Assembly (NCBI GenBank): GCA_030295235.1
Contig: AP026123.1
Location: 1,178,001 to 1,242,000 of the forward strand
DNA from: Fistulifera solaris
Taxonomy: Eukaryota
DNA length: 64,000 nucleotides
Direction: 5' to 3'
The stretch's first letter is position 1. Each line of letters opens with the position of its first letter. Under the pieces are notes generated by a model. The model was not told the origin of the DNA. It was given only the letters and a program-made list of their open reading frames with translations, and searched no databases. Shown here one piece after another: positions 38,738 through 50,099 of this stretch. The position numbers were made by a program, and so were the translations under genes.

Positions 38738-40071
38738 ATGAAATTCTCCACTGCTTTGCTCGCCGCGGCTGTTGGTACTGCCAGTGCCTTTGTTCCCGCT
38801 CACATACAGAGCAAGGCCCAATCGACCGCCTTGTTCGGTGCCGTCCGATCACTCGACCGTTTGACGGGCCGATCGCAATTAGATCCGGTCGTCGTCGATC
38901 GATACAATGCCATCCCTTATCCCAAAGACCTGATCTTGGCAGAATACGTCTGGGTGGATGCTGACGGAAAGTGCCGATCCAAAACTCGTACTCTTCCTGC
39001 CAAAAAGGTACGTTTCATATGAAGGACCGTCGACAAACATCAACAAAGTCTTTTCTCACCCACTTGTGTAACCACCATTATAGGGCGAAGCCGTTGAATT
39101 ACTCCCCAAATGGAACTTTGATGGTAGTTCGACCGGTCAGGCTCCCGGTGATGACTCGGAAGTCATCTTGAAGCCCCAACGCATCTTCAAAGACCCCTTC
39201 CGTCTGCGTCACGACGGCATTGACAACATCCTCGTCATGTGCGATTGCTACACACCCGGCGGGGAACCCTTGCCCAGCAATCACCGCGCCAAAGCCATGA
39301 AATTTTTCGGACCCAACGAAGATCAAGAAATCTGGTTCGGTTTGGAACAAGAATTCACCCTCTTCAATTTGGACGAAAAGACGCCCCTCGGATGGCCCGA
39401 GGGCGGTATGCCCTCCGTCCCCAGGGTCCGTATTACTGCAGTGCGGGACCCGAAAACAACTTTGGACGTTCCATTACCGACTCGCACTACAAAGCCTGTC
39501 TGTACGCCGGCATTAACATTTCGGGCGTCAATGGGGAAGTCATGCCGGGTCAACAAGAATACCAAGTCGGACCCTGTGTCGGTATTGATGCCGGTGATCA
39601 ACTCATGATGAGTCGGTACATATTGCAACGCGTCTGTGAAGACTACCAAGTCTACTGCACACTCCACCCCAAGCCCATTGTACAAGGGGACTGGAATGGT
39701 GCCGGTATGCACACCAACGTCAGTACGAAGAGCATGCGAGAAGAAGGGGGATTGGAAGAAATCAAAAAGCCATTTACAAATTGGGAGCCAAGCACGCCGA
39801 TCATATTGCCGTATACGGAGAAGACAACGAATTGCGTTTGACGGGAAAGCACGAGACGGCCAGCATTGACAAATTCTCGTACGGTGTCGCCAATCGTGGG
39901 GCCTCGGTGCGCATCGGCCGTGACACCGAAGCCGAGGGCAAGGGATATTTTGAAGATCGTCGGCCCAGTTCCAACGCTGATCCGTATATTGTGACGGGAA
40001 AGATTATGGAAACCATCATGTCCGACATTGACGCTCCCGTGATTGCTCCTCTCGACAAGGAACAGGCTTAA
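38738..40071 (+). CDS. GLNII: Glutamine synthetase type II, plastid-targeted
   Basis: Presequence [75 protein letters not shown]. Intron ~39008-39083; frameshifts near 39418 and 39766. Confidence 0.95.
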
Positions 40072-40246
40072 ACCAAGTAAAGAGAATGTGACAAGATATT
40101 GTTTCGAGTTAATATGAACAAGAATAGCCGCTCGACGTGTAGTGAACAAATAATAATTTTATAATGGTTGTTCTATCCGTTATCACTCTCCAATGTTTAA
40201 AGAAGGGTTGGTTTTTTGAACATTGTGTGATTAATCTAAATTGTGT

Positions 40247-40984
40247 CTAGGGAAAATAAGGACGCCATCGCACGGGACGCTGGACTCCCAAGTCGGTCAC
40301 CAGTGTCTGCAATCGATCGCGATGAAGGGTGTCACGTTCCACGGCAGTGATTTCGACGTCCAAACCAACCTGGACCGCGCAACGAACAAACGATAAAACT
40401 CGTTCGTGGCCATTACTTTCTAGAGGCTGCATCCATTCTTCGTATTGCGATTGATCACTGGATAGTAGAGCGACACTCAGAGATGTGACACCGCAATCGA
40501 CGAGTTGTTGGGCATCGCAACCTGTCGATAATCCGTTCGTGACAACTCGTATCTTCGGTGCGTGTGTTTGCGACAAGGTTTTCGCGACTTGTTGCAACAC
40601 CGACATTCGCAAAGTAGGTTCTCCTTCTCCGGCCAAGACAATTTGTGCATATTGCTTTATATTTGATTGTGTGATCTCTTCCAGAAGCTCCGCTGCCGTC
40701 GGTCGCCGATCATCGGGCAAAGATGACACACGCTCCAGAGGATCCGGTAATCTCTGTGGGGCATCTTGCATATCCAGCCACCGACACCACGGATCCCACC
40801 GCACCGTCCCCGCTTCCACATCCCGGACACGACACAAAGCAGCAACGACAGAAGGCGGTAATCGAAAGCCGGGTCCTCGTGTTTGCGGCAACGTCAAGCT
40901 TTGACAACGACTCGTCAAAGGAATGTACAAGGAATGACCCAGTGAATAGGTGAAACCTGCCATGGATGGAGTCGTCCATCGCAT
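40247..40984 (-). CDS. TatD-associated radical-SAM-like protein with degenerate cluster motif
   Basis: YSLGHSLYIPLTSRC, IVLAGEGEPTLR, IRVVTNG, LSVALLSSD..QYEEWMQP, terminal RWRPY; intronless. Confidence 0.75.
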   Translation of the reverse strand: MRWTTPSMAGFTYSLGHSLYIPLTSRCQSLTLPQTRGPGFRLPPSVVAALCRVRDVEAGTVRWDPWCRWLDMQDAPQRLPDPLERVSSLPDDRRPTAAELLEEITQSNIKQYAQIVLAGEGEPTLRMSVLQQVAKTLSQTHAPKIRVVTNGLSTGCDAQQLVDCGVTSLSVALLSSDQSQYEEWMQPLESNGHERVLSFVRCAVQVGLDVEITAVERDTLHRDRLQTLVTDLGVQRPVRWRPYFP

Positions 40985-41370
40985 GCTTCTCTTTACTCTA
41001 TAAACCTTCTTTCCGTGTCTTTCTAGTTTGATACAACAGGCTCAAGCAAACAAGGATGAATATCGCAAGCAATGTTGCATTCTTTATTGTTTTCCTCGAT
41101 GATGCGCCTCAGTCTCCGGGTTCCATATGTAAGTACCTGTCCGACGTGGAACTACTATGAAGCTTTTAGTTGGTTAAGGAAGTCTCGTGACTACATCCAG
41201 TCTTGGCGAAAACGGAAGACACTTTGGCCGATAGTAAATTCAGAAATGCACGAAAATGAAAAACGTGACATTTTTCGCGTTCCGGCAAGGGAGATCTTGA
41301 CGTTGTTTACATAGCGTATACCTGGTAGTTGGTGTTGGAGCGACAATGCATACTGGGTGCGGTATAGACC

Positions 41371-41450
41371 CCAGATTTTCTGTTGATGTGAATACAACAC
41401 ACCGCCAGATTTTCTGCTAACATGGCGGCATCCCGGCACCAGATTTTCTG
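41371..41450. repeat. Three 12-bp direct repeats CCAGATTTTCTG at exact 34-bp spacing
   Basis: Copies start at 41371, 41405 and 41439; partial fourth copy near 41484. Confidence 0.9.
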
Positions 41451-41561
41451 TGGACGTGAGGACAGCACAAGCACAAAAAAAGCCCAGATGATTATTATTT
41501 CAAGTGTTTTGTTGTTGATATTCAAACAATCTTCTTCTGCTGCACTTTTACCGCTCGAAAA

Positions 41562-43077
41562 ATGAGTCGAAAGGACGCGCATTTCTGTTCTTTTTTATGC
41601 ATTCTGTTTTATTATTCGCTCGCGGTAACCAGTGAAAGGGCGTTACTTTCATGGCCATGCCGGAAGACGGTGGACGGGAGGATGCGAGGCGGTGCTGTCG
41701 CACAAACATCGGAGACGACTGAGGCGTATCAACTATTAGCCACTGCCCTACAATCTCGTTTAAAGTCAGAGACAGACGAATTACCCGACGCAGATGATAT
41801 TGTCACGGCACTGCAATCACTCGCTGCCGCACAAAAAAACATTCAAAGGACTCGATGGCGCCGCACACGAAGCGTATCAGCGCACTCAACCCCAGCAAAA
41901 GATTGAGAATGTTTCGGGACGAGCTCGTCGCAGTGCAGCTCGACTGGGAGCGACAGCGGATGGATTAGCGGCGTGTGAATGGTGTGATAGGGCCCTGCAT
42001 CACTATGACACAGAGCGTCATCAACTCTTACTCAATACGACAATTCATTCGCAAGGAATTCCGATGCGTATTGTTGTTTTATATGAACCAAATTACAATG
42101 GTGGATCCGGAGCGGATCATGGAGGTCTTAACGAAGACACGATTTCCCCCGCAACGACGATCGCAAGGACGAATCACCATTGTGATAGTAGAAGCCAAAC
42201 CCATGTCACTGCAAAATGCATCCGCATCTTGGACAAAGAACCCATTCACGTTCGGACCACGAAAGATTTGACCAATGAAGTGGCATCGGTGCAACCGGTT
42301 TTGTACAAAAGTGCCGCGCAAGTGTTGACCACCGTCGAGCCATTCCTCCGTGCGCACAACAATCAAACCGCCATTCATTTCGTCGGTCATGCCTTGACGG
42401 GAAGTATTGCAGGCATCTCCGCTGCGATATTGCACGGTAGTTTGCCCATGCCCAAGGACAAGAAAGGGAAGCGTGATAAAACAAAGTTGGATACGCACAA
42501 TGCTACCATCATGGAGACCAACAGCACGAGCGGCAAGACGCCATTGCAAGGTTTCGGCGCCGGTCGATCGTCCGCTGTTCTTCTCGGGGCCCCGCCACCC
42601 TTTTCGGCCAATGTGGATTCCATGTTCATGGTTTCTTTACTTTACGGCGATGATATTCTCGGTCGTATGTCACACGAATCCTTGGATCGACTTCTACAAA
42701 GAACCCGGCGGGCAATGAAATCCAAAGGACTGGTGTTGAAACAAATGAACTGGATGAGAGATACGGTTTCTTTGGCGACTTCGAACATTATGAGTCACGC
42801 CTATGGCAGTGAAGGAGAAGAAGAGCGATTGGCCATTCCTGGTCGAGCCTTCTTGATTCGACCGCGAAGGTTAGGAAACGTTTGTAGCATGCACGAGATC
42901 GGTTTGCAACTCAAAGGAGGAAGGGAAGCATTACGGGCTGCTATTCTGTGGCAACTCCACGATGTGTTGCTCACAAAAAGTTTCTGGAAACATCATGAAC
43001 TCAATTCATACATTCATGGTCTAGATCGAGTCCAACTTCGTGGTGTCAACGACGACGATGATGACGAGAACGAATAA
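41562..43077 (+). CDS. Lipase class 3-like protein, signal peptide-bearing
   Basis: IHFVGHALTGSIA nucleophile elbow, GAPP, YGDDILGRMS, terminal HHELNSY; frameshift at the A-run near 41835. Confidence 0.7.
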
Positions 43078-43195
43078 ATTTATTTCAAACCGTCGATCAA
43101 TCGATCGGAACGCTGAAATGACGATTTCGCTAGTTGACTGTTTGATTTATATATAAAGATGAACCTATGAACTGCCAAGACGCATCATTGGATGA

Positions 43196-44332
43196 TCACC
43201 AAAACAGCTCTCCGATACGCTGCTCGAGCATTTGTTCAGCTCCTGGCACGCGAAGGAAACACCGGACGCAATAAGGAATGATATCTTTCACTTCCGACGG
43301 CTGACCTCGATCATATCCTTCTGTGCGTTCGTTTGATGCGAGCGGAAGCGGATTCAGAATCGCCGGTAACATGTATGGATTGTTGCGATGGATAATATCT
43401 ACTAGTTGTTGAACCTGTTGTCGTTGACTGTCTATTTTCACGTGATCAACGTCAATCAGCATTTCTTTTACTGTGTCCTTTACTTCTTGAATGTGTTGTC
43501 CGCCTGTTGCTTCAAAAGCCAAATCGATCGATTTGAATGTTGCATCGTACGTAGCAACTATACCACATTTGATGATGAGAAGGGCAACAAGAAATGCCAA
43601 CGGCACCAATGGACTGTTTACAGTCGGGCATTCATCAAATATGCTGAGAAAGCGACAATTTTTCTCGCGCGGATAGATCCAATCACCCTCCTGAAACGCA
43701 ACATGACGACTCATCAACTCCATAATTGTTTCTTCGTCGGCATCAATCATGTTCAGATGATATCGGATATAATCAAAGGCGTCATCGTCGCGATGAAGGC
43801 TCAGAAGGATGAAAGGAGTCACGAGATGCGTATCGAAGGGTCCATCTACGTCCAACCTCTGGAGCTCGAGAACGTGATACAGCGCCATCTCCCAAACATC
43901 CTTTATGTCGACGACGGATGCTGCAATCCAGTAGGCATCCACCAGGTTGCTACGAGCTGCCATATACACCCTTGTGTCCTCCCACTGTCCAAAAGTCCCC
44001 ACTTCTGTTTCAAAAAGGTTTTCCGAATTCGCAAAACTCGCCCGTCGTAGCGGAATCGCCAATTGTTCGACGTGTTTCAAAGTCTTAACAACCGCTAAAC
44101 AAATCTCCTTGTGGGCTCCATAATGAGCTTTCTGGCACTTACTATTGCAATACCAAGCCGCGTGACAGCGCGAGCAACAGCGCAAACCCATTTCCGGTCG
44201 ATTATGACAATTGACGCACCAAGGTTCATCTTGAAAACGAGGATCTTTTCCCTCGTAAGCCGGCACATGGTCACCGGTTTGTATAGGCTCAAAATTAGCA
44301 AACAAAGCTCCGACGAATGCTGGCGATGGCAT
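43196..44332 (-). CDS. MYND-type zinc-finger protein
   Basis: CVNC...CCSRCHAAWYCNSKCQKAHYGAHKEIC. Confidence 0.85.
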   Translation of the reverse strand: MPSPAFVGALFANFEPIQTGDHVPAYEGKDPRFQDEPWCVNCHNRPEMGLRCCSRCHAAWYCNSKCQKAHYGAHKEICLAVVKTLKHVEQLAIPLRRASFANSENLFETEVGTFGQWEDTRVYMAARSNLVDAYWIAASVVDIKDVWEMALYHVLELQRLDVDGPFDTHLVTPFILLSLHRDDDAFDYIRYHLNMIDADEETIMELMSRHVAFQEGDWIYPREKNCRFLSIFDECPTVNSPLVPLAFLVALLIIKCGIVATYDATFKSIDLAFEATGGQHIQEVKDTVKEMLIDVDHVKIDSQRQQVQQLVDIIHRNNPYMLPAILNPLPLASNERTEGYDRGQPSEVKDIIPYCVRCFLRVPGAEQMLEQRIGELFW

Positions 44333-44464
44333 GGTACGAGCTTTATAGTGCTTTGTAGGTAAAAACAACTTTATTGTTGTGCGCTTTATGCGTTTGTGTG
44401 TTCCCGAATGATAAATGCCATATCATGCGCTTTTTTCTTCGTGTGTTTTCCGTGTGCCTAATAA

Positions 44465-44810
44465 AATCGTGTCCCGTGAAAGTTGGATAACAGTATTTGT
44501 CACTGGAAACAACTTATCATCTATGAGTCTATGAGTCATGAGTCGAGTCCCAAAGAGGGTCCAGTCTGTCCGTGCGTCCTCAGCGACAATTTACATGCAC
44601 ACTGCGACATGGTCCGAAACTTCAGTACCGTTACGAACTATCAGCTACTTTTGAAACCCAGACCAAAAAATTTGGTACGGAGTACTTTTGAAAAGTAGTG
44701 TGATCAAACCGTGCTTTTCGGCTCAAAATACAAGTGCATAAGCACAGGATTTTTTGCTCATTACTCATTATGATTTCCACATTCGGTTTCGTGCATTTAA
44801 GCGACCTTAA
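44465..44810. repeat. ~300-bp promoter-region repeat, copy C (inverted); divergent promoter of MYND and beta-6 genes
   Basis: Reverse complement carries the same blocks as copies A and B. Confidence 0.9.
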
Positions 44811-44892
44811 AAGGGAAATAACGAACTTCATCCCATTTTCGAAGCAATTCACAGTAAAAGAAGCCAAACAGAGTCTTTGTCGAAGACCGCGC

Positions 44893-45805
44893 ATGGAAAT
44901 TCGGTACAATAGGGGTTTTATCCCTTGTATAATAGTATGGGTTTGCTCGGTGGCTTTTGTCGCCGCCGACTTTGACCCTTACCAACTCAATGGTGGTTTG
45001 GTTTCGGCCGTGGCGGGACGTAACTATGTTGTAATGGCTACAGATACGAGATTGGTAGGAGATAGTGGATACGATATCCTTACTCGTAATCACGTTTCAT
45101 CGCGAATCTGGACCGCCGTCGACACGGACTCGTTCGACAGCGACGTATCTAAAGCGATGTTTTCCAGGGATGGGTCCATTGCCGTGGATTTTTCAAACGC
45201 TGATTCCTCGCAACTGAACTCACATACTATTTTGTTAAGGAAGCAAACGCTACCCAACTTACCAGTACTGATCGGCTCCTCAGGATGCAGCGCTGATTGT
45301 GAAATGCTCAAACGAAATATACGATCCGATCTCAGGGCAGCGAAGCACTTCACGCAATGTACAGCACAAGTCGGAGAGGTCGCCTTGCTACTCAGTCAAA
45401 TGCTTTATTCACGACGGGGTTTTCCGTATTACAGTTTTTGCGTAGCTGCCGGATTGAATGAGAACAATGAGGGGCACGTCTACGTGTACGACGCCATTGG
45501 TTCTTACGAGCAAGTAGCAGTAGCTGCCACTGGATCAGGTCGAGAACTCCTTCAACCCATCTTGGATCGAAAGTTTCGGGCCATAATTGCCGATAAGATG
45601 GACCGATTACAGAAGTGGGGCAACATACCGTCATTTCAAGTAGATGCAACGAAAGAAGATGCCATTTCTATACTACTGGAAGGCTATCGAGCTGTTTCGG
45701 AGAGAAATTTCCGTTGGGGACACAGTTGTCTTCTGCATACTAGAGAAGCAAAACGATGGTCAAATTGAATGTCAAATATGGTCTGCGCCGCTCAAGAAAC
45801 ACTGA
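44893..45805 (+). CDS. PSMB1: 20S proteasome beta-6 subunit (PSMB1/PRE7 type) with N-terminal hydrophobic extension
   Basis: FDPYQLNGG, AVAGRNYVVMATDTRL, LLSQMLYSRRGFPYY, VYVYDAIGSYE, GSGRELLQPILD. C-terminus ISVGDTVVFCIL...APLKKH* lies in another frame after ~45705. Confidence 0.9.
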
Positions 45806-45877
45806 TTTAATAATAGAGATTCAAACACAGAACAAAGACCGCAGTTACTCCGTACTCTTTTACTTGTTTTGAAAAGC

Positions 45878-48304
45878 TCAATCAAACTTTTTGGCTTTGG
45901 CTACTTCTCGTGCAGCATCCAACGCTACTTGATCGTTCCTAGGTCTCTTCTGAATTAAGGAACCTTCCAGCATTTGCCCTGGGATGTGATATAATATGTC
46001 GTGTCGTCTCTTGACACCCTCGCATTCCAGCGGAGTAGCAGATGACTGCGGCAAGGGGACGCTAGGGAAACGAGAGTTATCATAATGTGGCACAGCCTCA
46101 CTGTAAGGGCCGAAAAGCTTTTCCCGCATCTCCTTTTCTTTTAATGCAGTCTCCGCTACAATTCTACCAGAATGAACCATTTTGCGAAAGAAATCACTTT
46201 CTAACATTGAATCAAAGTCCGGAACACAAGGCTTCCGGCAATCACCCCGTTCGATTCGATCAAGAAGTTCGTCCTTTGTTTCATACCACGAATGGACCCA
46301 TAAAATGTCGACGAGTTTCATCCAAGGCCCAAGGAACACCAACGCTAATAGTCGGATGATCCAAAGTACAAGCGTATTGAAAGGGAAAATCAACCACAGT
46401 GTAGCTAACATGAAGCAGTTAGTGGTCACTACATCGGTGGCGTAGCTTTCCCAGTTGATAAAATTTCGAATCAAGCGGCTGGTTTGGCAGAGAGATTTGA
46501 CCGCAGTATGCAAATAGGTCAAACGGTTCGCCACAAACCTTTTGATGATTCGAAAATCTATCTTGCTTGCAGTATCAGTTGTCATATCAAAGCTTGATAG
46601 ATTTGTTTTGCTGTATATCCTGTGGACTTTGAGAGCGAAGCGGAACAGAACCGTGATGAGCTTCATCATCCGCTCTGTCTTCATGGCATCGAGCTGCTCC
46701 AGTTTATCATCTTCCTCAACGCCTTGGTTTGGTTCGATCGTAACTGGATTAAAATGTGATCGACCTGAAAGGGCCATCATATTGACTTCTTCGCTTTTCT
46801 TGACTTGTTTCCAAGGAGAGGGATGCCGACTCAAATGGTAGTTTATTGAAAGCAATATCCAGGATATACCGTAAAGATAGATCGGAATCACAAGATCTGG
46901 GCGCTCAATCAAAAGCAAAGAACCAGCAAACAATACAACCGAGTGGAGCGGGAACCATACCGATCGCCCTTTACCGTATTTAAGTCGACCTCTCCACAAA
47001 AAGATCTCGAAAAAGACATCAAGAACGTAGCAGAGATTCTTTCGGTAGGAAAGAAGCTCTCTCAAATAAAGTTTGAGAGTATCTATTGTCACTTCATCCA
47101 TGTCCATAGATCCCCTCGTGATGTATTTGAGAACACGATACGACTTCTCATTGTCGACATTAATGACACAACGAGGAGCTGTCGCAAACGTCAGTTGCAT
47201 GGCCTCACTTTCATCTTCCCATTCGACTCGTAGACGAATGCATATGGTACCTCTAGGCTCCGCATCTATTTGATCCGGATCGTGATGGAGCTTGTAGTGT
47301 AGGATATACTCTGTGTTGTTGCGAAAGAAGGAGGTATTGATCACAACACGGCCGATTGGATCATGGTGATCCGTCAGAACATCATCGTAGTCGAAAACGC
47401 CCAACATAAGGAGCGATGTGGGATGTCGCACCTTAAACATAAATGCTCGGTTTGTCCAAGGAAGCCAGTGAGGATTCAGCGAGTTCCAGATTATGTTCGT
47501 CCGTACCATAGCATCCTCAAAGACAATTCCGACGAAAGGATCCGAAACAAAACTCGACTGAGCAAGGTCCATATTGGGCAAGCCGTGGCAGCTCAAAACT
47601 TCTAAATAAATCGTTCCGAGCCTACCATGACCCACACTTATCCAATTGTGGCTGGGTTTCATCGTTTCTGTCTCTATTTGCTCTTTCATGAGCCACTGGG
47701 TCTCCTGTCGTGGTCGACTCGGATCCGGACCTGGCCTGACCAGAAAGTACTCTTTATCCTCGATGAATTTGCGATGACGACGAAAGCGTCCATTGTAAGC
47801 AACGGTACGAAAATTGATGTCGGAAGCCAGACCTTCTATATCCACATGTTTCGTTCGCTCAAAGAACAAGATGTCGTCTTCCGTGGCAGGTCGAGAGCGG
47901 AACGCGAGGTACGCATGATTTTCGGTTGGTGACAAAATCATTCTCTCTTGCCTCTCTCCCCGACCATTCAAGAGTTCTTCAAACATTAATTCCACCTTTC
48001 CCACAGTGATGAATCGATAATGAAGGGATATAGACACTTCACTGGTCGTATGCTTTCTCAAAGCTGTCTCTACGGGTATCTTTAAAGGACACAGAGATCC
48101 TGTCAAGACCGTCCATATAGGGCTGTCATCGTCATGAACGACTTTCGTGCGATGGACTTCCGTGTCATTGATTTTGACGACACAGTACAGGTCCATTACT
48201 CTCCGAAAACCCATTGCTCCCACAATTTCCAAGAGGACAGGGGTCGTTTGCGTCTCAAACACCTTGCCCGAGAGGCGCTCTTCGTTGCAACAACACCGAA
48301 ACAT
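45878..48304 (-). CDS. Multi-C2-domain membrane protein (MCTP-like)
   Basis: Two C2-like domains (DLYCVVKI...RTKVV..DDSPIW; LEVLSCHGLPNMD..SDPFV...NSLNPHW...GVFDYD..HDPIGRV) followed by TM segments. Confidence 0.8.
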   Translation of the reverse strand: MFRCCCNEERLSGKVFETQTTPVLLEIVGAMGFRRVMDLYCVVKINDTEVHRTKVVHDDDSPIWTVLTGSLCPLKIPVETALRKHTTSEVSISLHYRFITVGKVELMFEELLNGRGERQERMILSPTENHAYLAFRSRPATEDDILFFERTKHVDIEGLASDINFRTVAYNGRFRRHRKFIEDKEYFLVRPGPDPSRPRQETQWLMKEQIETETMKPSHNWISVGHGRLGTIYLEVLSCHGLPNMDLAQSSFVSDPFVGIVFEDAMVRTNIIWNSLNPHWLPWTNRAFMFKVRHPTSLLMLGVFDYDDVLTDHHDPIGRVVINTSFFRNNTEYILHYKLHHDPDQIDAEPRGTICIRLRVEWEDESEAMQLTFATAPRCVINVDNEKSYRVLKYITRGSMDMDEVTIDTLKLYLRELLSYRKNLCYVLDVFFEIFLWRGRLKYGKGRSVWFPLHSVVLFAGSLLLIERPDLVIPIYLYGISWILLSINYHLSRHPSPWKQVKKSEEVNMMALSGRSHFNPVTIEPNQGVEEDDKLEQLDAMKTERMMKLITVLFRFALKVHRIYSKTNLSSFDMTTDTASKIDFRIIKRFVANRLTYLHTAVKSLCQTSRLIRNFINWESYATDVVTTNCFMLATLWLIFPFNTLVLWIIRLLALVFLGPWMKLVDILWVHSWYETKDELLDRIERGDCRKPCVPDFDSMLESDFFRKMVHSGRIVAETALKEKEMREKLFGPYSEAVPHYDNSRFPSVPLPQSSATPLECEGVKRRHDILYHIPGQMLEGSLIQKRPRNDQVALDAAREVAKAKKFD

Positions 48305-49059
48305 CGTTTTGTCAATTTTTGTTTCACTCTTTTATTCAGCACACGTTCCTTTTTTTGTTATATGAGCCAAAACGATAGGGATAGTTGGAAGTTAGACACT
48401 TCTTCCATAGGTTTCTTCTTTCGAAATCAATACCATAGGAAACGGAAGGTGTGCAGAATTCCTCTGACATGAACGAGAGAGGAAAAGAATGAAAATGCGG
48501 AAGATGAGGTGCAAAAGTTGACATCGCCGTCGTCCAATAACTGGAAATCGCCATTACTACACTAACGTACATAGTGTAAGATAGAGCGGTTTTGAGCCGA
48601 CTATGCGGCACGAAGTACTTCATCGCCAAAAGCTGGAGGCGACTTCAAATAATATAACTCATCACTTTTCGAAATGAAACTCCCTCGTTGCGACTTCGTC
48701 AAAAAGCAGTAAACATCCCTCTAAGGTCTCTAGATAGAAGAACAACGCACGCTGTTTCACATAAAAGATTATGAATGTAAGGTTTATGTCGCATACAGAA
48801 AAAACAGGAGGAAGTCGCCTCAATAATGCATGCGTTCGACGCCTGTTTCTGGTTCATAGCGCATCTAATGAAATCGTGATGCTGATGCAATAGTAGATGA
48901 GAGTTGCGATGAAAAATTGTGGCAATTTCACCCAGCGTAGACTGCAATCAGAGATGGTGTTCAATCCGCGGCCCGAAAAATTCAACGGGCACATTTCTTT
49001 GGTTCAATTCTCCTTCTTACTCGTTAACACAACCCAGAAAGAACTCAATGAACTTGCTT

Positions 49060-49686
49060 TTAAGTTTTTGCTTTGAAGACTCCAAAAATTTTGCGAACAA
49101 AACTGTTCCCTTTCTTTTGCCGTTTCTCTTCTTGTCGTTTCTTGGACTCACGAAGCAGAGCGCTCAATTCCGATTTTTCTTGTGCAGATGCTTCTCGTGA
49201 CTCGTGAATATGACGGATCGCTTCCTCCGCCATTTTTAATTCTTCGCTGGTAAAGCCTTCCTCCATTAAAAACTGGATACGCTCCGACTTTGTCGTACGA
49301 AGCGACTGTTTGGGACGACGCGTCAACTGACGTTGCGCTTCGAATTCTTCCATATTATAGTCGCTGGAGCGTAAGCTGTCCCAGGAGAGCGTCAAAGCTG
49401 GACCTGGTCCGCTGGGGAGAGCTCGAACACCGGGGTTGCAACCGAGTATGACCGGATGCTCGTGAATATGTACGCTATCAAAGGACACATGCCTCGACTT
49501 ATTCGTCGTCATCTTTTCATCATCTGTAGATGCAGATTGTTTCATTGCACTTTGAAGCGTAGCATCACTGTCGCCCAAAGCTTGCAGCGAGAGGGCGGAG
49601 GGATGAGACGACGTGATGGTCGAAGACGTTGAAATGCTCGAATCAGAATTCTCGATGAGCTCCTGCTCTTTCGATTCAAAAGTCAT
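49060..49686 (-). CDS. Small protein with RHVSF/GxNP..GP.LTL.W motif (putative PP1-docking family)
   Basis: RHVSFDSVHIHEHPVILGCNPGV...GPALTLSWD; paralogous to 53816-54322. Confidence 0.75.
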   Translation of the reverse strand: MTFESKEQELIENSDSSISTSSTITSSHPSALSLQALGDSDATLQSAMKQSASTDDEKMTTNKSRHVSFDSVHIHEHPVILGCNPGVRALPSGPGPALTLSWDSLRSSDYNMEEFEAQRQLTRRPKQSLRTTKSERIQFLMEEGFTSEELKMAEEAIRHIHESREASAQEKSELSALLRESKKRQEEKRQKKGNSFVRKIFGVFKAKT

Positions 49687-49834
49687 GGTTGAAAGGTTAG
49701 TGATGGGATAGTTGGCTGCGGTTTTTAGTAAATCAACTTATGCTTCGTAACGATGATACGATATGCTTATGCTACAAGATAACAGCAAAGATAGAGACTT
49801 CCGGTACCTTGAACATGAATGAAGAGAAAAGCCT

Positions 49835-49915
49835 GGAAACGACGTTAAAATTCTGCCTCGCCGTAGGCCCTACGTAGAAACTTGTACTGAGAGGCAGAAT
49901 TTTAACGTCCTTTCC
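49835..49915. repeat. Inverted repeat: 19-bp perfect arms (24/25 extended), 31-nt loop
   Basis: GACGTTAAAATTCTGCCTC (49841-49859) and GAGGCAGAATTTTAACGTC (49891-49909). Confidence 0.95.
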
Positions 49916-50099
49916 TGCGGAACCGAAATTTTCGCATGCACCTCGCACTTTTTGCGTCGTCGCTGTCGCAGAACAACGACAAGGCCATTATTATTCGCGC
50001 TTGAGTGACTCTATTCTGAAAAGTACAGGCCATTTTTTCTGCCGCTTATAAGAACACTGTGGAACATTACACTTCACACTTCACCACCAAATCCCTTAT

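Noticed and set aside
41371..41450. CRISPR array
   Set aside because: Repeats are only 12 bp with three copies, the context is eukaryotic, and no cas genes are present.
9297..44050. Long antisense ORFs (e.g. 9297-9944, 39652-40149, 43406-44050)
   Set aside because: They are shadows of supported genes on the opposite strand and have no motifs of their own.
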